Source of the DNA: Methanomethylovorans hollandica DSM 15978
GTDB taxonomy: Archaea; Halobacteriota; Methanosarcinia; Methanosarcinales; Methanosarcinaceae
NCBI RefSeq assembly: GCF_000328665.1
Contig: NC_019972.1
Coordinates: forward strand, 1-64,000
Reading direction: 5' to 3'
Length of the DNA: 64,000 nt
The notes below the pieces were generated by a model. It was not told the origin of the DNA. It saw only the letters and a list, made by a program, of their open reading frames with translations, and did not search any database. This document shows, in pieces, positions 29,680-39,581 of the stretch (positions are counted from its first letter, which is position 1; each line of letters begins with the position of its first letter). A program made the position numbers and the translations under genes.

Positions 29680-29967
29680 TTACCATGCTCCGAAGGCAGC
29701 CTCACCAGAACCGTCAAGACCTGCGTCAATTGCACTCTCAGCAGATGTTTCAAGTGCAATACGGTTATTATCTGTTAAGGTGCCGGTTGCGGCGTCGTAG
29801 CCGTCGCTAACCATTTCAGAACCTTCTGTGAAACCGAGGTAGTACAGTGCGGCCAGGGAACCGACTGCGGCTCCTGCTACGATCAGGTATGGTCCGTATT
29901 TTCTGAGTATATCAACAGTGTTGCTTTCTGTCTGCAAGCTAATTTTCTGTCCAAACATTTTATTCAC
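29680..29967 (-). CDS. pilin-like protein, candidate major subunit (MFGQKISLQTE...)
   Basis: First gene of the array; paralog with ESNT.D..RKY.PY. Confidence 0.65.
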   Translation of the reverse strand: MNKMFGQKISLQTESNTVDILRKYGPYLIVAGAAVGSLAALYYLGFTEGSEMVSDGYDAATGTLTDNNRIALETSAESAIDAGLDGSGEAAFGAW

Positions 29968-30413
29968 CTATGCAATTTTATTTAGTTTGACACGTAGCTG
30001 AAAATTCGGAAACACTCATATTTCAATTATAAATTTTAATTAAAGTGCAGATTCCCGATAGTTTCCACTAATGTGCCTAGTTCTCGTTTATCTCATTAAA
30101 CAAAAACTGCTTTCTAGCAGCTGTTTCATATATTGTTGAGATATACTCTACTTGGTTTTTGTCATATATATATATAGCTTAATTTTAAGTGGTTGATGAT
30201 ATGCGTTGTTTGTTTTACAAACTTCCTTAACGAATCGTGCAATGGTGATTCGTATAAAATATAATTACTTCTCAAAGTTTAGGGTTATATATGTACTATT
30301 CTTTCGAAATATGTATATACTCTAAAAAACAAATATGGGCGTGACTAAAAACAATCACGAATAGAATTTTCTATTTAAATTATACGATTAAAACTATTCC
30401 TGGCGGAAAATAT

Positions 30414-33400
30414 ATGTTTGATAATGATGACTGGCTGAATTTCCAATTTGGAAATGGAATTGGCGACCTATCTAATTTCGATGATGAAATGGATGATATG
30501 GAATCTGCCCTGAATGAAGAAGAACCAAATGGGGGGACTTTTAAATCAACAGTAAGTGAATTTTCCCATTTTGAAGGAGAGATGTATAGCCGGGCTAGAA
30601 GGATTGTATCAGGAATTGTGGAGTCATCTGAATTGGTAATCAATGCAGCTCCCGAAGGTATTTTTGATAATATTTCAGATGCTATAGATTCATGGAGGGG
30701 AGAAAATCCATGGGAAGGACAACAAACCGAAAGCATGAAGAAGTATACTTTGGGGCAGCAGCAAATAAGAGTTGCTTCTCTTGCAGTAGGAGATGTGACT
30801 GGCCAATTCTACAGGGATATTAACAATGGTTTTGGTATATCACAGCACTTGATTGACGTAAATAATTTTCAGGAACGTGCAACTGCTCTTGGATTAACCG
30901 TGGGGGTTGCAGGAGTTCTTGTATTTGGTTTGGAGGCTGCAGTGGGTTATGGTACACTTGTAGCAATAGGTGCTGCTTCTCATGCGGCAATTCAGGTTAC
31001 GGGTTTTGGAGTAGGAACAAACGAAATGGCCCGTGAACAAAAAGAAGAGGATGAAAAAAAGAAAAATACTTTTGAACAGGGTGGAACACGATATTATATC
31101 TCAAGAACTGAATCTGATTCTCAATATAATAGCATTGTAGGAATGGAAGGGTTCCATGATATTGCTATTAATGGAAAAGTGATTGATACGGTTCATGGAA
31201 AGAAAATCGAACGTTCCTTTTATAATGCACAAGGGGAAAAAATTGGTTCTTATAAGATCGATATACTCAGAGATTATATTCATGAAGAAGAAAACCAAGA
31301 AGGCATTGAGAATTTATGCCAACAATTGGGTGTAGAAAAGAGTCATGAAATATATGGAGGAGTAAGCCAGTTACAAGAAGGATCGGTGATTAGAACCGAA
31401 GAACGACAAATTTCGGTTAAAGTTGATTCTGTATATGTTTCTCACGGTGATGGTGAAAATTATTTTATGTACAGTTTTCAGGGGAGAAAGTCAGGTGAAA
31501 AAGTTCCGATTCAAGTGGTTGGTGCTGATTCAGTTGGTAATGAATCCTTTACTCATTATATTTCAGAAAAAGGACAGCTTATCTTTTCTGAATTTAAGAC
31601 AAAACAGGGAGGAACAAAAAGCAAATTGGATCCTTCTTTAGCATCGATTCAGCTAAGTTCTTTTCATTATGTAATGGATGGAAATCTTGATGATCCATAT
31701 CAATGTGTACATGGATCGCTTCTAGCAGGTGATGCCGGTCTTGCAATGCTGGATTCGCTCCATGCACAGGTCGAATTGAATCATTATAGAAAAGTGATTA
31801 GTGAGTTGCACAGTTCATCCAGGTTGAATGCAGGGCTAATGTCTGCTTTTCAATCTTTTACTTTTTCAAACGGGGGAGAACATTCCGTGTTTGATGCAAT
31901 GGGATCCATTATAGAGGCTCCTTTTACAGGCCTTGAGATGTGCATTGCCGAAAAACGAGAAGGTGTAGCAAATTTCATGGTTGGAACGAATACTCTTGTA
32001 AATTTAATTTCTACAGGTCCAATAGCAGGATCAATTGCTGGCAAGATTCATACTTCAATATCTGGTGCTTCGGAGAGTATGACTAATGCATCTCAGAGAT
32101 TTTCAGGAATAGCTAGTGGAGTAGGTAATACATTTTCCGAAGCTGCTAGTAGGTCAGGCGGTTATTCTTTTAAATCTGTAACTGAGGCATTTGAGGAAAT
32201 AAAAGATGATATTCTTGAGGCGATAGATAGGTATGTTAGTTCGAGTTCTAATTCATTTACTAAAAAAGTGTATTTTAGTGAGGAAATAGTCGGACCATCA
32301 AAATCGTTATCAACAATAATAACGGAACAAATAAAAAATGGTGCACACCGGATGGTTGCTCCGGTAATGATGTCAGCAAGTCTCAGTTTAATTAGTGGAA
32401 ACTTTGAGGTAAGTGTTTTAAGTTATATAGACAGAAATCTTCGTAATGCAGAAGAATTTATGTTTGGATCTGGTTATAAAGCATTGATAGGAACGATTGA
32501 GGAGAATACATATAATGTTCCTATCCTTTCTGGAATTGTATCAGGAAGGGCACTAACGATGGTTGCTCAGTCTGTATCGTTCAAAGATGTTAGTCGTGCT
32601 ATTAGAAATAACGAGCTTCGAACAGCTAAGATGATGGAATCTGGTGTGAATTATTCATTTGAAAAGGAACAATTCAATGCTGTAATGGAAGATATTAAGA
32701 AAGATTTAGTTGAACAAGGGGTTTCTGTTGATCTAAGGGATATCACCAATAATGGGACAATATATGTGCGGAAGATTGCATCTAGCGATGGTTATGTAGA
32801 AAGATCTCAGGTAATTGTCACTTCTGATGTCAAGGATCTTGCAGATAAGATCACAAAAAGTAGAAATGCTGTTCTTACAACTGAAGCAGTTGAAATCCAG
32901 AATACGTTAGCATCGAAGTATGCAGCCGCAAGGTATCTGTTTAAAGACTCTTCTTCGTTGGTAACAACTCTATTTGATAATCCCGACCTAAAAAATGATC
33001 TTGGTATTAAACATGGTATTTTTGACGATAGAGTCCTTTTTTCGGAATTGGTAAAAGGGCTTAGTGAAGGAGAGTACAAATCAAGGCTTAGTACATTATC
33101 CGGTAATTTTAATAAGATCAAGGAATTGTTTTCCTCTGATTCTGAATTAGTAAATTCGCTACATAGTGATACTACTGTATCAAAAAAGATTGGAGTTGTT
33201 TTTGATAATAGTAGTCAGGCATATGGTATCAGGGATGTTGTCAATAACTGTTATGACGGTGATTGGTCAAAATACTCAGCAAGTCCAGAGGAATGGAAAC
33301 AGAATGTAAATAATCTCGCATCAGTTTCTCAAATGGATCCAGAGACAATAAGAGAAAAAGTTGTTAAATTCGTGGTTATGGGACACGGTGGATTGGATAA

Positions 33401-33944
33401 TACGAACAATATTACTGATGCCAATGTTGCTAGATATATGGATGCTATGACTGAAAATGAGATAACTAAAAATGCCGAATGGGATGAAACGAATTATTCC
33501 CGTATTCAATCTAAAGATATCCGTATTGTCAGTACAGGCAGTACAAAGAATTTCTGGAGTTCAATGGCAAGGTTATCTATATTCGGTACAAGAGATCCCT
33601 TTACTACAGAAGGGAGATATACTATGGAATCTGCAACCTTAAGTGCCCATATTCATAATAACGATGTTTCAGCGCAGATGTTCAGTTCCATTGATGCTGG
33701 TATGCCTACAAGTATTCTTGGAATGGCAAGAATGGCATTTGGACATGATTTCAATAAAAGTGATTGGTCCGAAAACCTTGTTTTTAGTGATTTTGCAGGC
33801 ATTAGAGATAATGTAGAGTTAGATGACAGGTTCTTTACTCATTCGAATGACTTTGATGAAACAACTGATACAACTGGATATGTTCTTGGACAAGGTTCAA
33901 AAGCAGTTAATCCAAATACTAGTGGAGGAAAAGATAGACCATGA
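30414..33944 (+). CDS. large hypothetical protein with N-proximal hydrophobic segment
   Basis: 1176-aa ORF; Gly/Ala-rich hydrophobic stretch; no motif recognised. Confidence 0.75.
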   Translation: MFDNDDWLNFQFGNGIGDLSNFDDEMDDMESALNEEEPNGGTFKSTVSEFSHFEGEMYSRARRIVSGIVESSELVINAAPEGIFDNISDAIDSWRGENPWEGQQTESMKKYTLGQQQIRVASLAVGDVTGQFYRDINNGFGISQHLIDVNNFQERATALGLTVGVAGVLVFGLEAAVGYGTLVAIGAASHAAIQVTGFGVGTNEMAREQKEEDEKKKNTFEQGGTRYYISRTESDSQYNSIVGMEGFHDIAINGKVIDTVHGKKIERSFYNAQGEKIGSYKIDILRDYIHEEENQEGIENLCQQLGVEKSHEIYGGVSQLQEGSVIRTEERQISVKVDSVYVSHGDGENYFMYSFQGRKSGEKVPIQVVGADSVGNESFTHYISEKGQLIFSEFKTKQGGTKSKLDPSLASIQLSSFHYVMDGNLDDPYQCVHGSLLAGDAGLAMLDSLHAQVELNHYRKVISELHSSSRLNAGLMSAFQSFTFSNGGEHSVFDAMGSIIEAPFTGLEMCIAEKREGVANFMVGTNTLVNLISTGPIAGSIAGKIHTSISGASESMTNASQRFSGIASGVGNTFSEAASRSGGYSFKSVTEAFEEIKDDILEAIDRYVSSSSNSFTKKVYFSEEIVGPSKSLSTIITEQIKNGAHRMVAPVMMSASLSLISGNFEVSVLSYIDRNLRNAEEFMFGSGYKALIGTIEENTYNVPILSGIVSGRALTMVAQSVSFKDVSRAIRNNELRTAKMMESGVNYSFEKEQFNAVMEDIKKDLVEQGVSVDLRDITNNGTIYVRKIASSDGYVERSQVIVTSDVKDLADKITKSRNAVLTTEAVEIQNTLASKYAAARYLFKDSSSLVTTLFDNPDLKNDLGIKHGIFDDRVLFSELVKGLSEGEYKSRLSTLSGNFNKIKELFSSDSELVNSLHSDTTVSKKIGVVFDNSSQAYGIRDVVNNCYDGDWSKYSASPEEWKQNVNNLASVSQMDPETIREKVVKFVVMGHGGLDNTNNITDANVARYMDAMTENEITKNAEWDETNYSRIQSKDIRIVSTGSTKNFWSSMARLSIFGTRDPFTTEGRYTMESATLSAHIHNNDVSAQMFSSIDAGMPTSILGMARMAFGHDFNKSDWSENLVFSDFAGIRDNVELDDRFFTHSNDFDETTDTTGYVLGQGSKAVNPNTSGGKDRP

Positions 33945-34879
33945 CAGGAACTTACCGTGGAGAGAGTTATGATCAATGCATTGCTCAAACGAATGCTCGC
34001 TTTGAAATGTGCAGGAATATGTTCATTCAGAATGTCAATTATGTATCAGCTATCTTAAGTAATCCAGAAAACTTTGGAGTATCAGGGACTGATATTGAAC
34101 AATATATTAAGGAATGTATTGATTACTATAGAATTGTTCTTAACACAGAACAATACATTTCACTTGATGGTATCAAGGAAAGCATAGAGAAAGCGATAAA
34201 TCCCCAAAGAGTTCGAGAGATCAATGACAAAGCTTTAGATATGGAAACAGCGAGAACAAATATTGATCAGACTATCGTTGATTGCATTGCTGGATTAATT
34301 GGTATGATTGATACTGAAGAAGAGAAAAAGGTATACGAGTATGCTCTTAATGCAGGTGTATTCAAGGAAAATGATCTATTTCTGACAACCAATGAATCTT
34401 ATGAACGATCATATCTAAAGAAGAACGAAAAAATAGCTGACCTTTTCTTTATGAGTGGAGGGATTTCAGTATCAAGTCTTGATATAAAGACAAGCAATCT
34501 TAAATTTAGATATAATTCGGATTCTATGACTGTTGGATTCAGTATGATGACTCATGGGCGACACGCTACTTTTCCAGAGGTATATTGCAATTGTCTTTTC
34601 ACTGGTCCCTGTCAACTAAGTTTAAGGGGAACATTTGTCGTCAATAATGATAGTGTATTTGGAGGCAGTCCATTTAAGTATAGAGATTGGTTTGTTTCTC
34701 CAAACAAAACCTGTGGAGCAATGATGTGCTTTGATGAGATCCTCAGAGAAAAATATCTATACGTAACCTATTGTAGACTGTTATCATCGGGCATACACAA
34801 TCTACAGGAATATCTTAATAGCGTTGCTTATGAGTTCAGGCAACTGCTTAGAGAAAACCAATTCAATTTATCGTGGTGA
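33941..34879 (+). CDS. hypothetical protein
   Basis: 312-aa ORF with ATGA overlap. Confidence 0.7.
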   Translation: MTGTYRGESYDQCIAQTNARFEMCRNMFIQNVNYVSAILSNPENFGVSGTDIEQYIKECIDYYRIVLNTEQYISLDGIKESIEKAINPQRVREINDKALDMETARTNIDQTIVDCIAGLIGMIDTEEEKKVYEYALNAGVFKENDLFLTTNESYERSYLKKNEKIADLFFMSGGISVSSLDIKTSNLKFRYNSDSMTVGFSMMTHGRHATFPEVYCNCLFTGPCQLSLRGTFVVNNDSVFGGSPFKYRDWFVSPNKTCGAMMCFDEILREKYLYVTYCRLLSSGIHNLQEYLNSVAYEFRQLLRENQFNLSW

Positions 34880-35190
34880 GATTTGTGGAAGATTCATGGG
34901 AATTATTAAAGAAATGTTTAACCAGTTCAAATCATCCAGCTGCGTTACATATTATTTCTTTAATCGAAAAAGATGAAGTAGATATGGAAATGCAAAAAAA
35001 GCTTAGTATTTGGGATAGATTGTTCCAGGAAGGCAAAAAACTAAACAATCGTATTGAACAAATGGATAAATTTCCAATCGGAACTAATACTAGCTATATT
35101 ACACTAGAAATGTATAAAAAAATAAAAAATATATCTAATGAAATGAATACTATTCTTTTAGAGATTTTGTCTACAAGAATAGCAGCTTAA
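34873..35190 (+). CDS. hypothetical protein
   Basis: 105-aa ORF overlapping the previous stop. Confidence 0.55.
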   Translation: MVRFVEDSWELLKKCLTSSNHPAALHIISLIEKDEVDMEMQKKLSIWDRLFQEGKKLNNRIEQMDKFPIGTNTSYITLEMYKKIKNISNEMNTILLEILSTRIAA

Positions 35191-35225
35191 CTTTTTTAAA
35201 AAATAAATTCTGGATGGTTCCAGAA

Positions 35226-36662
35226 TCAGAATCCTAATATCGTATGACCTATAAAATATCCAGGTGAACCGATTACACAGACAAGTATAAATGCAAGTGT
35301 CAGTTCTACAGCAAACGGTTCGTTTCTCAGGGTTTTGATATTTTCAATTCTTTTACTGATATTGTCCATATCTGCTTTTCCAGTATGCTCTACTATTTTT
35401 GTAAATGATAAAGAGTATTCTATCATTATAGAGAACATTATAAGCATTGCTGGCATTGCTAAGATCCCTAGACTGTTATTATATACAGCAAATATAGTAT
35501 CTTCAATTAAGAGTATGAAAGATCCTATTACGAACGATAATACGATAATTTCTATAGATTCGTTTTTTATGTTTTTGGTCTTAGCTATGTCTGATTTACG
35601 TGTTAGAATACATCTTGCGGTATAGATTGCTGTCAAACCGATGAACCAGTTAAGAGGGAGTATAAGATATCCAATCAGAGATACAGTTGCTAGTTTAATC
35701 GATACTGGAATAGTTCTGCTAAATGGTTTGAACCAACTATTTCGTAGAAGAACTGTTGTAATAAACATCAATATCCCAATTATTGTAATCAAACCAATTT
35801 TAGTTGTAATTTCGGTATTTTGAATAAGGTGATTGATAATTATTTTTTGTATTAGACCGTATGAAATTATTATTCCGATCATTACACTGAAATATAAAGA
35901 AACAGTGTTTTTAATAAAAGGCTTTATAATTTCATTATCGTGTTTTTTCAGATTATAATATATCCTGAATGGTGTAAAAATGAACATCAATAGAACAGCA
36001 TAGAAAATTGCTCCAAATCCTGCAGTTGGATCCATTTCAAGGTACAGGCATGTTCCTGTAATCATCCATATTAACATTACATCTCCGTTACCAATACTCA
36101 ATTGGCGGAACTGCATTCCGACAGGGGTTGTGAAATTTAGTAATATTAATGCCCTTGTGAGTGTTGAATCTCCTAAATATTTTATCAAGAATGCACTAGA
36201 TGCTATAATTATTGCTATATACACAGCTGACCAGATTATTTTTACAACAGGATTGCTTGCTACAAGGATTCTAATCATCTGTTTTGGAATAGTCCATGCC
36301 ATTAGAGGAAATGCGAATAAAATTAAGGGGATGACCGGATTTGTAGTTTTTAACAGTATAAAGAAAATATATATTACTGGAGCGAATATACCCATAGTAT
36401 ATGATATTGTTGTTCTATCAAAACTCATCCCTGAGATGTAGATTGTTATTGCCGTAAAGACTGCGCTTATGAATAAACTCTCACCTATTATAAGGGTAAT
36501 AGGTAGGTTTTGTCCACTATTTGATATTGTACTCATTGCGGCAATGAATATAAGTACCGCAATCCCTGGAAGCGTATTATAATCTCTTGTCTTGATATCA
36601 TTCCATGATACAATTATGCAAAAAATTGCGACAATTGCTGTCAGGATCATTGGTGCAAACAT
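35226..36662 (-). CDS. A24-family prepilin peptidase (FlaK/PibD-like), expanded polytopic form
   Basis: First Asp in SWNDIKTR, GxGD motif IGNGDV, C-terminal EPFAV; many TM helices. Confidence 0.75.
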   Translation of the reverse strand: MFAPMILTAIVAIFCIIVSWNDIKTRDYNTLPGIAVLIFIAAMSTISNSGQNLPITLIIGESLFISAVFTAITIYISGMSFDRTTISYTMGIFAPVIYIFFILLKTTNPVIPLILFAFPLMAWTIPKQMIRILVASNPVVKIIWSAVYIAIIIASSAFLIKYLGDSTLTRALILLNFTTPVGMQFRQLSIGNGDVMLIWMITGTCLYLEMDPTAGFGAIFYAVLLMFIFTPFRIYYNLKKHDNEIIKPFIKNTVSLYFSVMIGIIISYGLIQKIIINHLIQNTEITTKIGLITIIGILMFITTVLLRNSWFKPFSRTIPVSIKLATVSLIGYLILPLNWFIGLTAIYTARCILTRKSDIAKTKNIKNESIEIIVLSFVIGSFILLIEDTIFAVYNNSLGILAMPAMLIMFSIMIEYSLSFTKIVEHTGKADMDNISKRIENIKTLRNEPFAVELTLAFILVCVIGSPGYFIGHTILGF

Positions 36663-36693
36663 TGTAATCTCCTTTTTGAATAATCAAAGTAAT

Positions 36694-36731
36694 AAAAGGA
36701 TCCCCCAACAAATTATTATGGGGGATCTTTT
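36694..36731. terminator. intergenic inverted repeat
   Basis: AAAAGGATCCCCCA...TGGGGGATCTTTT. Confidence 0.45.
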
Positions 36732-36748
36732 GTTTCAAGGTTTAGAGG

Positions 36749-37450
36749 TTATGTAAAGGAACCTATGAAACTATTTGGAATGTTTTCGGTTGTATTTATT
36801 GATGCTGATGCTACTTTATCAAATACGTTTTGTGTATTTTGCGTATTTGATGATGGATATATTTGCTTGTTTATATCATCTACACTAATAATTGTTTCAT
36901 TAGTTCCAAGTTTTTGTTGTATTGCTTCACATATACGGTATGAATCTGCATACAATGTAGAAAGATCATTTCCACTGAGCAACACAACAGTTGATCCGAT
37001 TGGCACTACATAATGCCAGCTGACATCATTGCTGAACTGATATGCAGGAATGGATCCAAGCAGGACGACTTTTCCTGTAACAGTTCCAAATATCCCGATT
37101 TCTCTTTCAGGGTTTGCAATCAGTTTTTCAGTGAATTTCTGACAGCCTTTAACTGAAGCAAAGTCATACTCCCATCCTGAAGTTTTAGTTTTAGGATGAC
37201 GAAGTGAAATGATCCTTGTTATTCCATAACTTGTTAGGCTATTCAGAGTTTCTGCGCTATTATTTCCAACTTCTCTAAGGGTAACACTTTTTGTTTCTAG
37301 TTGTTGTAAGAATGCCTGAGAATTATTCTTTACATTAAGAACTGGTTCTTCAGTGGTTACATTGTCTTTATTTTTGTCTGTACATCCACTTAAGGGAGCT
37401 ATAATGAGTAAAACGACAAGAATAAGAAGGAAACTCTTTTTTGTTGTCAT
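36749..37450 (-). CDS. putative lipoprotein
   Basis: KK, hydrophobic stretch and LSGC lipobox. Confidence 0.7.
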   Translation of the reverse strand: MTTKKSFLLILVVLLIIAPLSGCTDKNKDNVTTEEPVLNVKNNSQAFLQQLETKSVTLREVGNNSAETLNSLTSYGITRIISLRHPKTKTSGWEYDFASVKGCQKFTEKLIANPEREIGIFGTVTGKVVLLGSIPAYQFSNDVSWHYVVPIGSTVVLLSGNDLSTLYADSYRICEAIQQKLGTNETIISVDDINKQIYPSSNTQNTQNVFDKVASASINTTENIPNSFIGSFT

Positions 37451-37848
37451 TATAACCCTCCGTTTCTTAATGCATTTGGATCTCTTTGGATCTCAAAAAT
37501 TATGTAAGCATTTATTATCCATGCGATTATTAAGCCATAGATATACATTCTAGATATCATTAAAAATGTCAGAGCATGGATGATATGCATAGCAATAATT
37601 GTACCATAACTAATTTGCATTTCTATATCCATTGCATATTTCATGATGCACATTGTTCCCATAAATACGACAAAATTTCCTGTTATGAGTCCAATCCATG
37701 AAGTAGATGGGGATATTATTATTGTACCGAAACTGATTAGCATAAAAACAGCTAATCTGAATCCAGGTCCTAGTGTTAATCCATTTGTTCCATATTCGAT
37801 TGTATAGGCAGTTCTTTTTCCGAGTACGTATTCTAGACAGTCTGACAT
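37450..37848 (-). CDS. membrane protein
   Basis: About 4 hydrophobic segments; GAGGAGG RBS. Confidence 0.65.
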   Translation of the reverse strand: MSDCLEYVLGKRTAYTIEYGTNGLTLGPGFRLAVFMLISFGTIIISPSTSWIGLITGNFVVFMGTMCIMKYAMDIEMQISYGTIIAMHIIHALTFLMISRMYIYGLIIAWIINAYIIFEIQRDPNALRNGGL

Positions 37849-37857
37849 GTGACCTCC

Positions 37858-38493
37858 TCAAGAGTACAATGGGGCGCATTCGAATGTTTCTTTATGTGCG
37901 TTATGTAGATATCTTACAATCAGATGTGATGCAGTGCATGAGAATTGTATTGTAAGGATGTCAGCGGCACATTTATAGATTGCAGCATAAGCGATTCCTG
38001 TTGTGAATGATAAATTGAGGTTTCCTGCAACTAATACATATATCACTCCATATTCAATTGAATTCATTATTGTTGCAATTACCATGTAATTTCCTGCATA
38101 GGTGATGATATCTGGAAGATATATTCCCTGGAATGTTTTTGTTCTAAATGCTTCAACTGATAAAGTAAGTCCAACTAATACTGAAGCAAAAATTAAACTA
38201 TATATATCAGAATAATTGACTGTCTGGGTTAGAATCTGTATTATCTTTGGGATGAATACAGCGAGTGAAAATAGAGCCCATGAGGTTAAAGTTGTTCTAA
38301 GAGCTAATTTATCAGGTATATCTTTATTTGAAATGAACAATACTCTTCCAAGGATAATTGTTCCTATTGCTAGTAAGCTTGTAATTGCACCTATAAGTGG
38401 AGATAATGATCCAAGTATAATCCCTACTATAGTTGTAATGAAAAGTATAATAGCTGGTCTTTTGTTTTCAACTGCTTTCATAAATTTCACCAA
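37858..38493 (-). CDS. polytopic membrane protein
   Basis: About 6 hydrophobic segments. Confidence 0.7.
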   Translation of the reverse strand: MVKFMKAVENKRPAIILFITTIVGIILGSLSPLIGAITSLLAIGTIILGRVLFISNKDIPDKLALRTTLTSWALFSLAVFIPKIIQILTQTVNYSDIYSLIFASVLVGLTLSVEAFRTKTFQGIYLPDIITYAGNYMVIATIMNSIEYGVIYVLVAGNLNLSFTTGIAYAAIYKCAADILTIQFSCTASHLIVRYLHNAHKETFECAPLYS

Positions 38494-38494
38494 T

Positions 38495-39001
38495 TTAGAT
38501 GTCGTATAGCTGTGAGGTTACATCTGATAATGCTTTTCCAAGGCCAACTAATTGTGATTCAAATGGCATTTGGTTATGAGCTTCACTTATTAATGTGCTG
38601 GCACCATCTGCAGCATGGTAATCAATTACTTCATATCCTTCTGTGGTGGATTTCAATATCATCCATCCTGGTCCTTGTACGGTACCGGATTTAGTTCCAC
38701 GGTAGTTTCCAATTACCTTTTCATCAGAAGCCGGTGATCCCACTGCCCGAAGGCCTGCGTATCCTGAAGATCCAGAATGTATAACGAGTTCATATCCCGC
38801 AGGTATTGGGGTCTTGGACATATAGTTTAGTCCAATATCATTATATGTGTCAAGCACTTGGTAGTGCGTGGCTGTTGTATATATTTGAGATTGGACTAAC
38901 ATTTGGGAAATCGGATTCACCATTCCTACGCTATTTGCAAAAGCCGTCAGGAGAATGACTGCTGCGAAGATGTCCTGAAGTATATCTACTGTATTAGTCA
39001 T
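38495..39001 (-). CDS. secreted or minor pilin-like protein
   Basis: N-terminal hydrophobic helix followed by a soluble domain. Confidence 0.55.
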   Translation of the reverse strand: MTNTVDILQDIFAAVILLTAFANSVGMVNPISQMLVQSQIYTTATHYQVLDTYNDIGLNYMSKTPIPAGYELVIHSGSSGYAGLRAVGSPASDEKVIGNYRGTKSGTVQGPGWMILKSTTEGYEVIDYHAADGASTLISEAHNQMPFESQLVGLGKALSDVTSQLYDI

Positions 39002-39581
39002 AATTCTCCTGAGGGGTGTTTTTTCTAATCCATTTATTCATAGTCTCTATAGCTATTGGGTGAGTATTTCTCATCCGGATGTGGTATGCTACTATTGCAA
39101 GATAGCTTATTGTCTTTTCACGTAGACTGAATTTATCCAGAATAATAGTATCACTACATTCATCACAAAGGACAGTAGGTATTTGGATTTTTTCGTATTT
39201 TAATATATAGTAGTAATGATTCATATCTGTGCCGATGCATTCAAATCCATTTTTCTCATAGAAAGCTCTTGCTTTGTCAGAGAATTCAGATTTATTAGAT
39301 ACTGTTACAACTATATCTTTAGATTCAGCAATAGCAAATCTCTTGATCTGGTTAATGGTTTCGGTACTATGTCCTTTTCTTTGCTGGAGGCTATAGAGTA
39401 GAATGATATATATTTGATCAAGTTTTGGATTACTGTATATATATCCCACAGATGATGCATAACTAAATCTTTTTGAGATTAACGGATAAAAAGCATCGAA
39501 AGCAAGTTGCATGAATGAAGGGGAGGAGTAAATCTGCTTTGCAGCAGTTATACCCTCTTTGGTTTTACTCAAATTATTCAT
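38994..39581 (-). CDS. GNAT-fold-like protein
   Basis: ARAFYEKNGFECIG resembles the GNAT C-terminal motif; acetyl-CoA loop is degenerate (QRKGHS). Confidence 0.5.
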   Translation of the reverse strand: MNNLSKTKEGITAAKQIYSSPSFMQLAFDAFYPLISKRFSYASSVGYIYSNPKLDQIYIILLYSLQQRKGHSTETINQIKRFAIAESKDIVVTVSNKSEFSDKARAFYEKNGFECIGTDMNHYYYILKYEKIQIPTVLCDECSDTIILDKFSLREKTISYLAIVAYHIRMRNTHPIAIETMNKWIRKNTPQENYD

